64,000 nucleotides of DNA from Naegleria gruberi (taxonomy: Eukaryota). Shown one piece after another: positions 1 to 11,274 of this stretch. The DNA is taken from the NCBI GenBank assembly GCA_000004985.1, contig GG738892.1. One strand, given 5' to 3'. Within the stretch, counting starts at the first letter, position 1; every line of letters begins with the position of its first letter. A model generated the notes under the pieces. That model was given only the letters and a program-made list of their open reading frames with translations, had not been told where the DNA came from and searched no databases. A program made the position numbers and the translations under genes.

Positions 1-167
1 TATTTCAAAGGATAGGATTGAGGCAAAGTTTATTATGAAAGATGAGATCATTTCGTATAAAGTTGGAAAAGATTAGGAATTTTGTAAATTGAGGTTTTAA
101 AGAAAAATGTGGAAAACAGGAGTGATTGATTATTAAGGAGAGGAATCTAAATTGGTTGACAATTTAT

Positions 168-812
168 TTAATATTTCGAATAGATTGAATATTGTTCATC
201 ATATTCTTCCATATATTGTTCATACTCATCATCCTCGTCAATAGATGAAACAATTTGTTTGCCTGTTTCTTGATTTCTAACAAATTCCTTCATAATTTTC
301 TTATTCTTCTTATTCTTCTTTTGTGAACAAGATTTTAAAGTTGAGATTTCTTGAGTTGTTGGTTGTAAAACAGTTGTGAATTCAGCTTGTTCTCTAGCAA
401 GTCTTTCTTGTTCTTCCTTTTTAAATTTGGAAATCAATTCTCCCAATTGACCATTTGACAACATGTCAATTCTGATATTTTTATCCCAGAATACATATTC
501 ATCTCTATAAATCAATTGTTGAATTCGATGTTGTGGAAGCTCTTCAGCCAAATCACTATTTAAGAATTCTTCATATGAAATAAAAGTGTCACCTTCAAAT
601 CTGTCTTTGTAAATCATTGACAAGTGAAGATAGGCATCATTTAAATCAGAATCCCACATGATTCTATTAATTGCTTCTTTACAGGTTAGAAAACGTTCCT
701 TTTTCTTAAGCCAAATTGTTTCTTCTTCAGCAATTTGTTCATTCTTAGAAAGGAAACAAGATTTAGTTTGTTGGGTGGCAGTATTATTTACAGGGAGGAT
801 TTTTACGGTCAT
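168..812 (-). CDS. hypothetical protein with acidic C-terminal tail (DEDDEYEQYMEEYDEQY)
   Basis: 214-aa ORF with ATG start, no overlapping competitor; charged/coiled-coil-like middle and acidic tail; no confidently recognisable domain. Confidence 0.45.
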   Translation of the reverse strand: MTVKILPVNNTATQQTKSCFLSKNEQIAEEETIWLKKKERFLTCKEAINRIMWDSDLNDAYLHLSMIYKDRFEGDTFISYEEFLNSDLAEELPQHRIQQLIYRDEYVFWDKNIRIDMLSNGQLGELISKFKKEEQERLAREQAEFTTVLQPTTQEISTLKSCSQKKNKKNKKIMKEFVRNQETGKQIVSSIDEDDEYEQYMEEYDEQYSIYSKY

Positions 813-1017
813 GATTTTTACACAGTTAGCAGAGTTTGGTGATCTTTTGTTTTTTTTTGTTTTGGATTTTCTTGAATTTCAGCTCTGCTTTCTATTTAAA
901 GCTTTGAAAAAATGTTTCATGCCAGAAGTTGAAGCATAAAAATAGATTTCAAGTTCATGTTGAACTTTTTTTTTGTGTACAAACTTGAAGTTGAATTTAT
1001 TAACAATGTGGCAATCT

Positions 1018-1461
1018 TTAAATCCATTCCAATAAATTTTCAAGTTCAGTATCATTCAATTCCATAAAATCTTGGTCTTCCTCTTGAACCATGGCATCAA
1101 ATTGACCTCTTGCAGCTTTCTCCTTCAAAATTTGTTCACCAACAGCAATATACGAAATCAAATACTGAACCATTGAGGTGTACTTTTCTCGCAAATGATA
1201 ATTTCCTGCATACTTTTTAAATTTTGGATTGAGGAGTTCTTTAGCATGTAATTCCTTCATGTACTCTTCATGATTCATGAGGAGCATTTTGTTAATCATG
1301 ACTTGTTGTTGGAGGTTAAAGTAACCCATCTCTCTCATGGCTTCTGGATCGAGAATGTAATCCTGGCAGTGAATAGTGGCAGCTGTCAATGCAATGAAAA
1401 GCAAAGCACACAGAAATAAAATCTTGGACATTTTTTTTATGGAGGATATTTGCTTATCCAT
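1018..1461 (-). CDS. small secreted protein (N-terminal signal peptide; start may be the internal MSKILFL.. Met at ~1431)
   Basis: 147-aa ORF; hydrophobic stretch LFLCALLFIALTAATIHC near N-terminus typical of a signal peptide; no known domain. Confidence 0.4.
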   Translation of the reverse strand: MDKQISSIKKMSKILFLCALLFIALTAATIHCQDYILDPEAMREMGYFNLQQQVMINKMLLMNHEEYMKELHAKELLNPKFKKYAGNYHLREKYTSMVQYLISYIAVGEQILKEKAARGQFDAMVQEEDQDFMELNDTELENLLEWI

Positions 1462-1636
1462 AAATTAATTCAGGTCCACCAAATAAAGACATTCTCATTT
1501 GGTTTGGATGTAACCCAAGAACGAATGTGGTAAATTATTTATCCATTAGAAACCTAATAAAAAAATCTTTTCAAAATTTGTGTCCAAAGGATTACAAAAA
1601 TTGTAGTTCAAGAACAAGTGTACAATATTGAATGAA

Positions 1637-3226
1637 TTATTGTTGTTGTTTAAGGAAATCATATTTTGAGTATTGTTGAGAGAATTTTTGTGCATTTTGC
1701 TTTTCTTCCTCAAATCTTGGTGCTCTCAATTTGGCTTCGTTTGGTGTCTTTTTCATAATTCCACAAAGTACTTCCTTTCCAAACACAAAACTGAAATCTT
1801 CATCAGAAATTGGATGGGCAAAACCACCATTCACTCCAAATTCTACATGGAAGTAAGGGAAACCTTTAGGTATGGATCTGTGAATTCCCTTTCCTTTTGT
1901 TTCAATAAATCTCTTATTGTCACTCCATTCACTGGCACTCAAATTATAAGCAGTATTACCTAGTTCTAAAATTGCATTCTTAAAGTAGGATGGAGCAACT
2001 TCCATCTGTTGCTCACTCACAGGTATGCACTCAATGAAGGCATGCTTCTCGTGTTTCATTGAATATTGAGTTACAGTCTCTATAAAAATAATATCTCTTC
2101 CCTGCTCAACAAATAGCTTCTTGAGAGCCAGTTTGAATTTCATAATTTCATCATAAACATCCTCATCAGTTTCTCTTATGGAAATCGTATGTTGAATTGG
2201 TACTATACAGCAGTGACCTTCAGTAAGGCACCCAAAAGGAGAGATTGTAAGGTATGCCTTGCTGCCAGTAGCAATAACCAGATGATTCTTGAATCTCTTA
2301 TTTTCCACACAGAATGCACAATTTTCCACATTATTTAGCTTTTTCAATTCGAACATTTTGTTCTTTTGAAGGAATGCTTTTTGTTTTTCTTCCAAAGTTT
2401 TTTGTTTCTTCTTTGATCTTCTATCGTCACCAACCTCGAATGATTCTGATCCATTACCCTTAAAGAAATCAGAGTATTGATCATCATATTCAGAGGCATT
2501 TCTATTGGATGATCTGTACAATGAATCTTTTGCAATATTATTTGCAAGATTTCTATCAAAATCTTGAACTGAATGTTCCTTAGCTTCCAAATAAATGTCT
2601 TGAAGAGATGAATCGTCTCTATTATTAATGTATTTTCTTCCTTGTGCTCCTCCATCAATTCTCCTTCCCTGTGAATCAAATGAAGGCAATTGTGCAGCTG
2701 CAGAGCCATGCTTTTTGTAAGTTTCTTTGCATTGTCTAATTTCCTTCAATTGATCACTCAATTCTCTGTACAATTTCATGTCTTTTCTATCTTCAGCATC
2801 GAGTGCTCTTTGGGCAAGACTATTCAATTCTTCATTGGACATGAGTGCATATTTCATAAAGGTTTGTTCATTAGTATTTCCAAATCTTGAAATATTGACA
2901 CTGGATGATTCACTCCTAGATTCATTTCTATACTTTTCATAAATCTTTGTATTAGGAGCAAGATCAAATTCTGGTTTTCTCATATTTCCATCCAGTGCAA
3001 AGTGTTTGTTTCGATGTGATTCTCTTTGTGCCATCTTTTCAATGGTCTTTTTATCATATTCAGTAGCAACATTCTTTGATGAATCTCCCCAATGTTCTTT
3101 CAAAACAGCATCTACAGAAACACCAGCCTCTTTAGCTCTTTCCTCTGCTCTCTTCAATGCTCTAGCTTTCCAAGAACTTGATGAAATATCGGAGGAAGAA
3201 GAAGTTTGAGACAATGATCGTGCCAT
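1637..3226 (-). CDS. CWF19-like splicing-associated protein (CwfJ C-terminal domains 1 and 2), CWF19L2-type
   Basis: C-terminal half has the C-x-F-C motif (NCAFCVENKRF) followed by a HIT-like region (CIVPIQHT) and a conserved CwfJ_C_2-type tail; N-terminal part is Ser/Lys/Glu-rich low complexity, as in CWF19L2. The frame stays open upstream of the annotated Met (see 3249-3506). Confidence 0.6.
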   Translation of the reverse strand: MARSLSQTSSSSDISSSSWKARALKRAEERAKEAGVSVDAVLKEHWGDSSKNVATEYDKKTIEKMAQRESHRNKHFALDGNMRKPEFDLAPNTKIYEKYRNESRSESSSVNISRFGNTNEQTFMKYALMSNEELNSLAQRALDAEDRKDMKLYRELSDQLKEIRQCKETYKKHGSAAAQLPSFDSQGRRIDGGAQGRKYINNRDDSSLQDIYLEAKEHSVQDFDRNLANNIAKDSLYRSSNRNASEYDDQYSDFFKGNGSESFEVGDDRRSKKKQKTLEEKQKAFLQKNKMFELKKLNNVENCAFCVENKRFKNHLVIATGSKAYLTISPFGCLTEGHCCIVPIQHTISIRETDEDVYDEIMKFKLALKKLFVEQGRDIIFIETVTQYSMKHEKHAFIECIPVSEQQMEVAPSYFKNAILELGNTAYNLSASEWSDNKRFIETKGKGIHRSIPKGFPYFHVEFGVNGGFAHPISDEDFSFVFGKEVLCGIMKKTPNEAKLRAPRFEEEKQNAQKFSQQYSKYDFLKQQQ

Positions 3227-3248
3227 TGGATTAATATGTGGATTTAAT

Positions 3249-3506
3249 TCAAGAGAGGAAGCTGATGACTGATGATGGTTTTTCTGCTTCTTCTTCTTCC
3301 TTTGATCGTTGATTATTGTTATTGAATATATCCTTCGGAGGAGCTAACATCCAATCCTCTCTTGTTGATTCTTCTTCATGTTTTCTTTTATGTGATTTTT
3401 CTTCTAATGATGCTGCTGATGAATTGTATTCCGAGGAGGTTGTTGTTTTACTATCTGATGAAGAATGCTTAGGTTGAGGTTTTCTCACTTTAATACCTCT
3501 CAACAT
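3249..3506 (-). CDS. probable N-terminal extension/5' coding segment of the CWF19-like gene in a different frame (frame break near 3250-3300)
   Basis: 85-aa Lys/Glu/Ser-rich ORF immediately upstream on the same strand; the main CWF19 frame remains open upstream of its Met (..DQRKKKKQKNHHQSSASSLELNPHINP-M..); the two frames overlap in an (aag/gaa)n tract with no canonical intron in between. Confidence 0.3.
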   Translation of the reverse strand: MLRGIKVRKPQPKHSSSDSKTTTSSEYNSSAASLEEKSHKRKHEEESTREDWMLAPPKDIFNNNNQRSKEEEEAEKPSSVISFLS

Positions 3507-3629
3507 TTTTTTATAATTAAATTAAAATTCATAACACCTTCAAATAATAAGAATTAATATTCTAAATAATATTAAGTAATATATTTAAAATAAATAAATT
3601 TAATTGATTATAAGTAGTAGGGGTTATTA

Positions 3630-5795
3630 TTATTCATTACAGGAATAGTAGAATCTAGAAATACTGTATCTACCGATGGAAGCTGGACAATTGTGAGAGT
3701 CATAATATTCCTGGATGGAATTATGATCACAGGCATTTCTAGAGTCCAAATCTGTTTCCACAACAACGTATCTCAATAAGCTATTACGTTCGTTGCTCAA
3801 ATGAGAAGTGAATTTTGTCATTCCTTTCCAATGATCTCTAGTTTCATAATCGAATACAATATCGATGCCATATAATTGTTTCAAATAATCAATTTGTTGT
3901 TCCAAATAGTTGTATTGAGAAAATCCTACCAACAACAAATATTCCAATTTTGGAAGTGACTTGGAATTCAAGATTGATTCAATTATGACTTTAGATGTTT
4001 CTTCTGCTGTCATTACTTCTTTTTTATCATCTGTTTTACGGTGGTAGTATCTTTCTTCACCACATCTTAATCTCAAATATCTTACACCTGGGAATGAGCA
4101 ATTATTAAAGAATGATTTCCACTCCTCATTTGGATATTCCTTATAGGCGGCTGATGCACTATAGTCAATTGATAAAAATCTTATACTATCAGGGAATGAA
4201 TAATTTTGCAGTGGTGTAAAGTATAACACATTGGCCAAGTTCAAATATATAGATTTCGATAATTTCTTTTCAATGTTATCCATCTTGATATCGGCTTGTG
4301 TGAGAGTATGTGCAGCCTTCTTATTATCTGCATCACAGGTAATAAAATTGGCCCATCCACCAGTTCCTTCAATTTTAACACCAAGCTTTGGAGAATTATC
4401 GTCGCCACTATGTTTAGTTCTTCTGTATCTGTATGGATTGGCTGCTGGTTGTTCATCTGCCCAACTTTCTAAATAATTAGAAGTTAAAAGCACATCATTA
4501 TCCTCACTCCAGTATTCATCATTATTTTCAGAGTCCATATGATTGAACATGTTCAAGGAGAGAATAAATGATTGAGTCATGAACATTTCAAATGCTGTAC
4601 GATGTGGTTTGAAAAGGGTTTCATAATCCTCAAATTCAATATCAAACCCATCCAATCTGGATTTAAGCATTGCTGTGCAGACTTGCTCATCGCTATACAA
4701 TGGAGTTTTAGAAGGGGTTTTCTTCTTCTTCTCCTTTTTCTTTATGGTTGTTTTAACAGGTTTTGGAACAGCAACCATTGAATATCTTCTCTCGTCCATC
4801 CTCTTTGAGAGAGTTGAACAATCATAAACCCATTGCTTACTAACAACAAATATACCTGCATTAATGGCTTCTTTTGTCTTGTCAGTATTCGAAAAGGCAG
4901 CAACTGGTTTGTGTTAGACCAAAATACCAATTTGAAACAAATACTTACTCATGTGAGTGGTTTTACCAGCTTGAAATTCTGGAGTGTATTTGGCTCCCAT
5001 TTTCATTGCAGTTTCTCTGAGGGTTGTTCTTTCTGGATTGACTATTCCACTAATTGCAATAGTGACACCAGGTAAAATTTTAGAAATATCAGAACAATAG
5101 TCTCCATCTAAGAAATCATCCTCTTCCTCCTCTTCTTCCTCTTCCTCCTCGTCATCGTCTCCACCATCGCTCATGTCATCCATCCAAGAGTTTTCCTTGT
5201 CAACAGCACTTTCTAAATCATCAAGTGGTTTACCTCTTTCAACAGCTTGAACAACATTTTGAATACGTCCCATCTCTTCTATTTGTCTTCTGTTCAAATC
5301 ACCACAACCTAATTGCAAATTATCAATAGTGTCAGTTCTAATCCAATAGGCCAACTTTTGGAAAAACACAAATCCTTGCAACCAAAATCTCTCCATAAAT
5401 TGTAAATCTGCATCATTAGCTTTTCCTGTCACTAATTCAAAAGTTCTCTTATCGACCATGGAAAGTTTTGCCAAGGCTTTAATATTGTCAAAAGTCGGAA
5501 TGAATTTTGTCAAGTGGCTCACACCTTGCTCAAGAGCACTCAAATCATACAAATTTCTTTTGGTAGCAGTTTGTGTTGGATCTCTCTTAATTGTTGTCAC
5601 ATCAACATTATGATAGAAATCGTTCAAATCACCCACAAGGAAGGAAATTACTTGTAAAACAAGTTCATTCGGTAAATCACCAAAAAGACCACTCGATGAT
5701 GATGATGAAGACAATTTAATTTTCTTGCTTCCTTCTTGGCTAGACTCACCAAGAGAGAGCTTTCTCTTATTTTCATCATGACTGCTGCCGTGCAT
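3630..5795 (-). CDS. F-box-like + BRCT domain protein; join(5795..4949, 4903..3630), 45-nt intron 4904..4948 (GTAAGT..CAG)
   Basis: Exon 1 encodes an F-box-like motif (LPNELVLQVISFL), a poly-Glu tract and a BRCT N-half (ILPGVTIAISGIVNPERTTLRETAMKMGAKY..TTH). Splicing phase-1 at cac atg a|GTAAGT .. ACCAG|TT gives ..THM-I-AAFSNTDKTKEAINAGIFVVSKQWVYDC, the canonical BRCT C-terminus, and runs in frame into the 389-aa downstream ORF. Frame arithmetic was checked against the ORF-track stop coordinates. Confidence 0.6.
5100..5165. repeat. (GAA/GAG/GAC)n trinucleotide tract encoding a poly-acidic run (DDDEEEEEEEEEEDD) in the BRCT gene
   Basis: Visible ctc/ttc/gtc triplet repeat on the plus strand. 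Confidence 0.7.
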
Positions 5796-5963
5796 CTTCT
5801 TGTAACGGCGTTTTTTTTTTAGAGTTCCACTTTTGTGTGGCTAAAAGATAGCAGTGATTACAATATAATCTAATCTATGGAATCTATTTTTCAAGAACAG
5901 ATCAATGTTTAGGTGGATCTTATTGAGATTTGTTGTTCAAGAGATTTAAAGGAACTAAACAAC

Positions 5964-7564
5964 ATGAATTTGTTTTTTGTAAAATCAAAAAAAAAAATGT
6001 TAGAAAATAAGAAGAGGAAATTGCTGCTCGATCAATTTTCTTCACAATACCTCAGGCCGAGCAAGTATTTGCTAATGTATCGTAATAATGACCTCGAGGA
6101 GGAATCAGAAGACCAAGCGAATAATAAACATGCCATTTACGAAAATAATGATGACAATAATGGTAGCAATGATGAAGCAACAATTAAAAGAATGGAATTG
6201 AATGATGAAAGAATGGATTCCGCATCATCATCTGCATCAGAAGAAAGAGTAGGAGCAGTAGGAGCAACAACACTGGAAAATAGATCCAGCAATAGAAAAT
6301 CAATTATGGAAATTGGAAATGATTGTTTCTTTGAAATTTTAGGCTTTTTGGAATTATACGAATTTCGTTCTTGCATTTTGGTGAGTAAAACTTGGGCCCG
6401 ATTGATTATTCCATTCTTTATGGATTTGGCAATGGAAATTTATGAAAATGATGAACATTTAGATAGTTTGAGAAAGTTTGGACAGGAGAATGATGATTTA
6501 ATATTGAAGGATGGTTTATATACTGAAGGTGCCACTTGGAAACCATTTACTTGTTATAATGATGATCAGATTGGGGATTTTAGTGTAAGCTATGGACATT
6601 GTTCAGATGACGATGATGTTATTGAGCTTGATGAGTGTGAATTTCACAGAAAATTGATTCCTTTTGGTAGTCCACTTTGTAAAGGAACCGTTAAGGAACA
6701 ATTTGAATTGGTTCAAGACAAAATAGATTCAGAATCTTATAGAATTCTTATTGAGAAACAACTTGGAATACCAGAAAAGGAACAGGACACTTATGAATTT
6801 AATCCTTTTGTAATATTTGATGAAATAGAGCGTGAAAAGGGTATGATCGAGCCATATCTTCATGAAATTCAAGAAGCAAAATGTAGAGATAATGATGACG
6901 ATAACTTTAATGTTTTCTCTGAAGAGCATGTTCCTTACGCAATCAGAGCTGGAATAACACGATGTACAAAACGTGCAGGTTTGTATTTGAATCATTTTCT
7001 TTTCTGAGCTTTCTAATAGGAATATTATTCCACGAACCGTCTGCTATTGAGGATGCTTTTTACCAACTGAAAAGATTCATTTATTTACTGATTAAGGATG
7101 CCTATGAAAGTAAATTCCCAAACAAGACACAAGATTTGCAATTTACAGAAACATATGAAGACTACTCACTCCACTGTTTCGAATATGAAGATGATTTTTT
7201 AAACAGTGATCTTATGGAAGATAGAGACCTAAAGTTGAACTCACAGGACATTCTAGAATCATTTACAAAACTAACAGGTAAGACATTCTTTTTTGCAGAT
7301 GCCCGATTGGAAGCTGCTTTATATGCAGGAAATCCTGAAGCAGAACCAATCGAACAAGGTAGTGATGAAGATTTGGAATATTTTGGATATTCTTTATACG
7401 AATCTGATATGAATGAGTTTCCAATTGTTGATCTGGATGATTCTTCCCCCAATGACGAACAACAGGCCACCGAAGAAGAATCTCTTCAATATCACCTTAG
7501 AAGAATGCTCAGAGAGCAATCATACGAATGTATTCTAAACTATTTCGAATCCACATCAGACTAA
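5964..7564 (+). CDS. F-box-like protein; join(5964..6978, 7020..7564), 41-nt intron 6979..7019 (GTTTGT..TAG)
   Basis: F-box-like segment IMEIGNDCFFEILGFLELYEFRSCILVSKTW. The track ORF at 5913 starts on GTG, and the first in-frame ATG is 5964. Donor gca g|GTTTGT and acceptor TAATAG|ga join the 364-aa and 200-aa ORFs in phase (..TKRA-G-ILFHEPSAIED..). Confidence 0.5.
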
Positions 7565-7691
7565 AAACGTGATCCATTCATTAAAACACACTGGATGCCT
7601 TTGTTTGTTTAACTCAACAGATAAAAAGTAAGAAATGAAAAACTTGACCAACCTGCTAATAGATCTACTATTAACCTTGATTAAAAGGAAA

Positions 7692-7764
7692 CGCCCACCG
7701 TGGGGGTCGAACCCACGACCACAAGGTTAAGAGCCTTGCGCTCTACCGACTGAGCTAGACGGGC
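7692..7764 (-). tRNA. tRNA-Lys (anticodon CUU)
   Basis: Reverse complement folds as a cloverleaf: acceptor GCCCGTC/GGTGGGC (two G-U pairs), D-arm GCTCAGTCGGTAGAGC, anticodon stem CAAGG/CCTTG with loop CTCTTAA, T-arm GTGGGTTCGACCCCAC, discriminator G; 73 nt, no intron, CCA not encoded. Confidence 0.9.
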
Positions 7765-8373
7765 TACACATTCACTAAAACTGTCAAATATTATTATTTT
7801 TATGGTCAGTCAACTTTACCAATTACAAATTTTACCAGTTTATTGTTCACTGTTGTATTAATTTGACCAAAACCCTTGTTTGGAACCTCATCATTTTTAT
7901 CTCTTAATACTTTCATGTTCTTTAAACTATTCATTGTATTTACACTTTACAAAACATGAAAACAATCTCTTTCCAATTTTCATCTATGGAAATCTACCGA
8001 ACCCCACAAAAGCCTTTTACTGCTGTCTCACTTCATGTAAAATTTCATTAATAATATCGTTTCGGCCTTATAAAGCATTCAAATGGTGGGTGTATTCCAA
8101 ATCAAGCATCAAAAGATTGAAGGGTTAGTACTCGTTTGGTAAATTACGATGAAAGAAAAAGCTAGATAAGTTTTTCTTTTGATTTAACATGAACCAACCA
8201 GCTAGAGATTGTGGTGGTATCATGAATAGTGATATCCACTTGTATTTTCATGCTCATTTCGTATAATTGGTTTTTTCACAAGTTTCTCCAACATTCGCGA
8301 ATCAGACACCCTCAAAAAAAACAACCACAAACACTAACTTGCTAATATTCAACACTAGTCTGTTGACAACAAC

Positions 8374-8934
8374 ATGGTCGCTTCAAATAATAGTAGTAAC
8401 AATCATCTAGATTCTCCTGGCTCATCAACTCCTTTCAATAAACATTTATCACAACCAGAAACCACATCATCATCCCTATCGACTTCCTCATCCTCTCTCA
8501 ACACACCATCCAATGCACAACCACCACGAGAATCGATTGATTTGAATCACATGCCAACATCAGCCAGCACCAAAAAAGGAGGAAACAATCAATTACTTGT
8601 TGGCTCCACTTCAACAGCACCCCAAAGAGAATCAGAAGTTTCAAAAGAGGAAGAAGCAAGCACAGAGGAAAAGACATGTTTAGATATGTACATGCAATCA
8701 CCCTGCTCTGGCATTTGGATGTATGATATAGGTGATAAGTTGGATAAGATTCATCCAATTCTTTCAATTCCATTCTATGTAGTATGTTGTCCATTTTCAA
8801 TGCCATGCATCTTTTTGAGTGGTTGTTTAATGGCATCAGATGGTTCTTCAGAGGATGACGATGTGGACACAGCAACACCATATGCATTGAAGAAGAAAAA
8901 GGAAGAAAATTCAAAAGAAGGAAAAGTTCAATAA
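8374..8934 (+). CDS. hypothetical Ser/Thr-rich protein with a Cys-rich hydrophobic segment (..VVCCPFSMPCIFLSGC..)
   Basis: 186-aa ORF with ATG start; low-complexity N-terminus; Cys-rich block of unclear affinity (PLAC8- or BRI3-like at best). Confidence 0.35.
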   Translation: MVASNNSSNNHLDSPGSSTPFNKHLSQPETTSSSLSTSSSSLNTPSNAQPPRESIDLNHMPTSASTKKGGNNQLLVGSTSTAPQRESEVSKEEEASTEEKTCLDMYMQSPCSGIWMYDIGDKLDKIHPILSIPFYVVCCPFSMPCIFLSGCLMASDGSSEDDDVDTATPYALKKKKEENSKEGKVQ

Positions 8935-9141
8935 AATGATTTTTCAAAAAAATATTTCTAATTGAATTCATTTCACATTTCAGAAAGCTCTGTATCAAAT
9001 TTAACATTCATACCTTACTCAAATTCCCGCCAAATTTCGTTCGAGCTCTCACTCGAATTGAAAAACAAAACACAAAAAAATTAGCCTACGAACTTGTGCA
9101 GCAAGCCTTTTGCAAAATGAAAGAAGAAAAAGACAAAAAAT

Positions 9142-11229
9142 ATGAATCACCATCATCATCATGGTAATAGCACGGCTCATCGTCATAAAAAGAGAACGAC
9201 CACGACTACAAATACCGATATGTTTCAAGGAAGGAATTTTATATTGAAGAGTAATAGTGTTCGGAAGGCTTGTTCGAGTAGTGATGGTCATGATGGTAAA
9301 TGTGTTGTTGAGGAAACAAGATCCTATTTTAATAGTAGGAAGGAAAGATTGGAAGCTTTGATTGTTCCTGCTGCTTCGCCTTCCAGTCCTGAGATTATCT
9401 TTAATGTATTGGCACCTAAATTAATGAATAAGGAGCCTCAGGAGGCATCGACATCATGCTTCTCTCACTTTCCAATAGAAACTCTGAAAGAATCTGAATT
9501 CAAGTTTGTCACTCCAAAGAGTAGAGAGAATGCAACTACAGCGTGCCCAACAAACAGTGCAGGAGGTGTTTCGTCTACCATTGGAGACATTATTACTCCC
9601 TCACTCTTTGAAGCAATTTATGATGATACCATTACACCAAATACCAATATCACAAAAAGCTCTAGGAAATCAGAAATAGCACAGCCAAACTCTAGCCCAG
9701 AAATTTCACTTGGTTCTCTGCCAAGTGATATTCTATCCTCGCCAGAGAATATTGTATCCTCTCCCCCATTGTTTGCAAGTAGAGTTTCATCAGACACCAA
9801 TAGCAGCTCGAGTTCATCCTCGCCAACAGCCTCACCCAAAAAGAAGAAGGTCAAGCTTAATGATAAATCCTTTGAGATGGCAGATTTTAATCTGGTGAGT
9901 CAAGAGAGTAAAGTGGGTTCTGAGAAATCCATTGTTGGAAACTTTGACATTCAATCCCATTCAAGAGTTTTTGCATTCGAGTTTAGGTTAAATGACTTGA
10001 GTTGTGAAATTGAAGAGATTGTTTGTGTTGAATTACTAAAGAATGGAATTGATTTCCAAGAGACTGGTATCAGATTCCATGCCTCTATCATTCAAAAAGC
10101 AGATGTGGATGGAAATGGAAAGTCCTATCTAACAGATGCAGTAACTAACCTTTCGAGATTAATTTACTCTAATAACTTTTTCAATGTTGATCAATCACCA
10201 AAGATTGTAACAAGAAGTCATGGCAAGAAGATGGACATGTTGTTGGATACATTACAGAATATTATAATTGGTGACACGTTTGATTCCTACTCCTTCCTGA
10301 ATAATCTCTATCACTTACTTTCTGAACAAACCATTTATCTGTATGAATCTTTCAAAGATAATATTAAACCTCTTTGTAATGAGCAGGAAATTCTGAACTA
10401 CTTTTCAATTTCTGCCAACTCATCAAATTGGATGTGTCAAACATGCTCTTCCAATAATTCTACTGTATGCTCGCTAGTCGAGTGCTCTACCACTTCCTTG
10501 CTTTTTCAGAGAATGTTTCAAGTTATTGAGAAGAAAAGAAATGCCACTCAAAATACTGACCAACAACAATTAGACGATTCTGTAATTTCCATTAATATTG
10601 ATTACGAAGAAGTACTCAATGCCATCAAAACACCTCCAAATGATTTCACACCAAAATCAAAAAACAATTCAACAAGATCAGGAAAAAAGTTTTCAAAAAT
10701 TAAGATTTCTCCTCGTGGGATAATATCTGCATCCAACACAAACAACAGCAACTCTAAGGATGCTAAAAAGTCCTTACAATTGGCAATAAGGAACTCTCCT
10801 AAAAAATCTAAAACTATTGCAACTAAGCCCACAATAGAAAAGGAAAATACTGAGATTCCTATTGTTCAACCAGTTGAATGTCCAAAAATTCAATTTGTTC
10901 TTCCTCAAAGAACAAGTCAAACAGCTTCACCTAAAACCGTATCTTCTGCCAAGCTTACTATCCTCAAGAAGAACAATCCACCTATAATAGAATGGACTGA
11001 TCAGAAAGTTGAAGAATTGTTAACGCCTAAAACAGTTGCAATCTTACATTTTTTCAGTACGTGTCGGCAAAAAAACCTTGATTCATTCTTTAAATCACCC
11101 AAGAGTTCAATGATATTGCAAATGAGACCTTTCCTTTCAATTAAGGATTTGGTGAACAAATTTTCAGAGCATCCTTGTTTGGGATTAACAAATCTCGCAC
11201 AGTTTTGTAAGACAACATTTGGACTCTAA
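9142..11229 (+). CDS. hypothetical Ser/Thr-rich protein (N-terminal His run, long low-complexity region, structured C-terminal third)
   Basis: 695-aa uninterrupted ORF with ATG start; no recognisable catalytic motif. Confidence 0.4.
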   Translation: MNHHHHHGNSTAHRHKKRTTTTTNTDMFQGRNFILKSNSVRKACSSSDGHDGKCVVEETRSYFNSRKERLEALIVPAASPSSPEIIFNVLAPKLMNKEPQEASTSCFSHFPIETLKESEFKFVTPKSRENATTACPTNSAGGVSSTIGDIITPSLFEAIYDDTITPNTNITKSSRKSEIAQPNSSPEISLGSLPSDILSSPENIVSSPPLFASRVSSDTNSSSSSSSPTASPKKKKVKLNDKSFEMADFNLVSQESKVGSEKSIVGNFDIQSHSRVFAFEFRLNDLSCEIEEIVCVELLKNGIDFQETGIRFHASIIQKADVDGNGKSYLTDAVTNLSRLIYSNNFFNVDQSPKIVTRSHGKKMDMLLDTLQNIIIGDTFDSYSFLNNLYHLLSEQTIYLYESFKDNIKPLCNEQEILNYFSISANSSNWMCQTCSSNNSTVCSLVECSTTSLLFQRMFQVIEKKRNATQNTDQQQLDDSVISINIDYEEVLNAIKTPPNDFTPKSKNNSTRSGKKFSKIKISPRGIISASNTNNSNSKDAKKSLQLAIRNSPKKSKTIATKPTIEKENTEIPIVQPVECPKIQFVLPQRTSQTASPKTVSSAKLTILKKNNPPIIEWTDQKVEELLTPKTVAILHFFSTCRQKNLDSFFKSPKSSMILQMRPFLSIKDLVNKFSEHPCLGLTNLAQFCKTTFGL

Positions 11230-11274
11230 TATTCTTGAAATGTTTTATTAAGGATTATTGTTTATTACATTGGA

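Noticed and set aside
658-939. Numerous 60-120-aa ORFs from the six-frame track overlapping longer genes on the opposite strand or in other frames (e.g. 658..939, 1673..1963, 2344..2709, 4231..4476, 6137..6376, 16386..16878, 33080..33964, 54437..55539, 57116..57644)
   Set aside because: Each is fully contained in a better-supported gene with recognisable domains. Their compositions are the mirror-image low-complexity of the real coding strand
7268-7294. Possible in-frame 27-nt intron (GTAAGACATTCTTTTTTGCAG) in the F-box gene
   Set aside because: Too short for any known spliceosomal intron. Read-through gives a plausible peptide (KLTGKTFFFADARLE)
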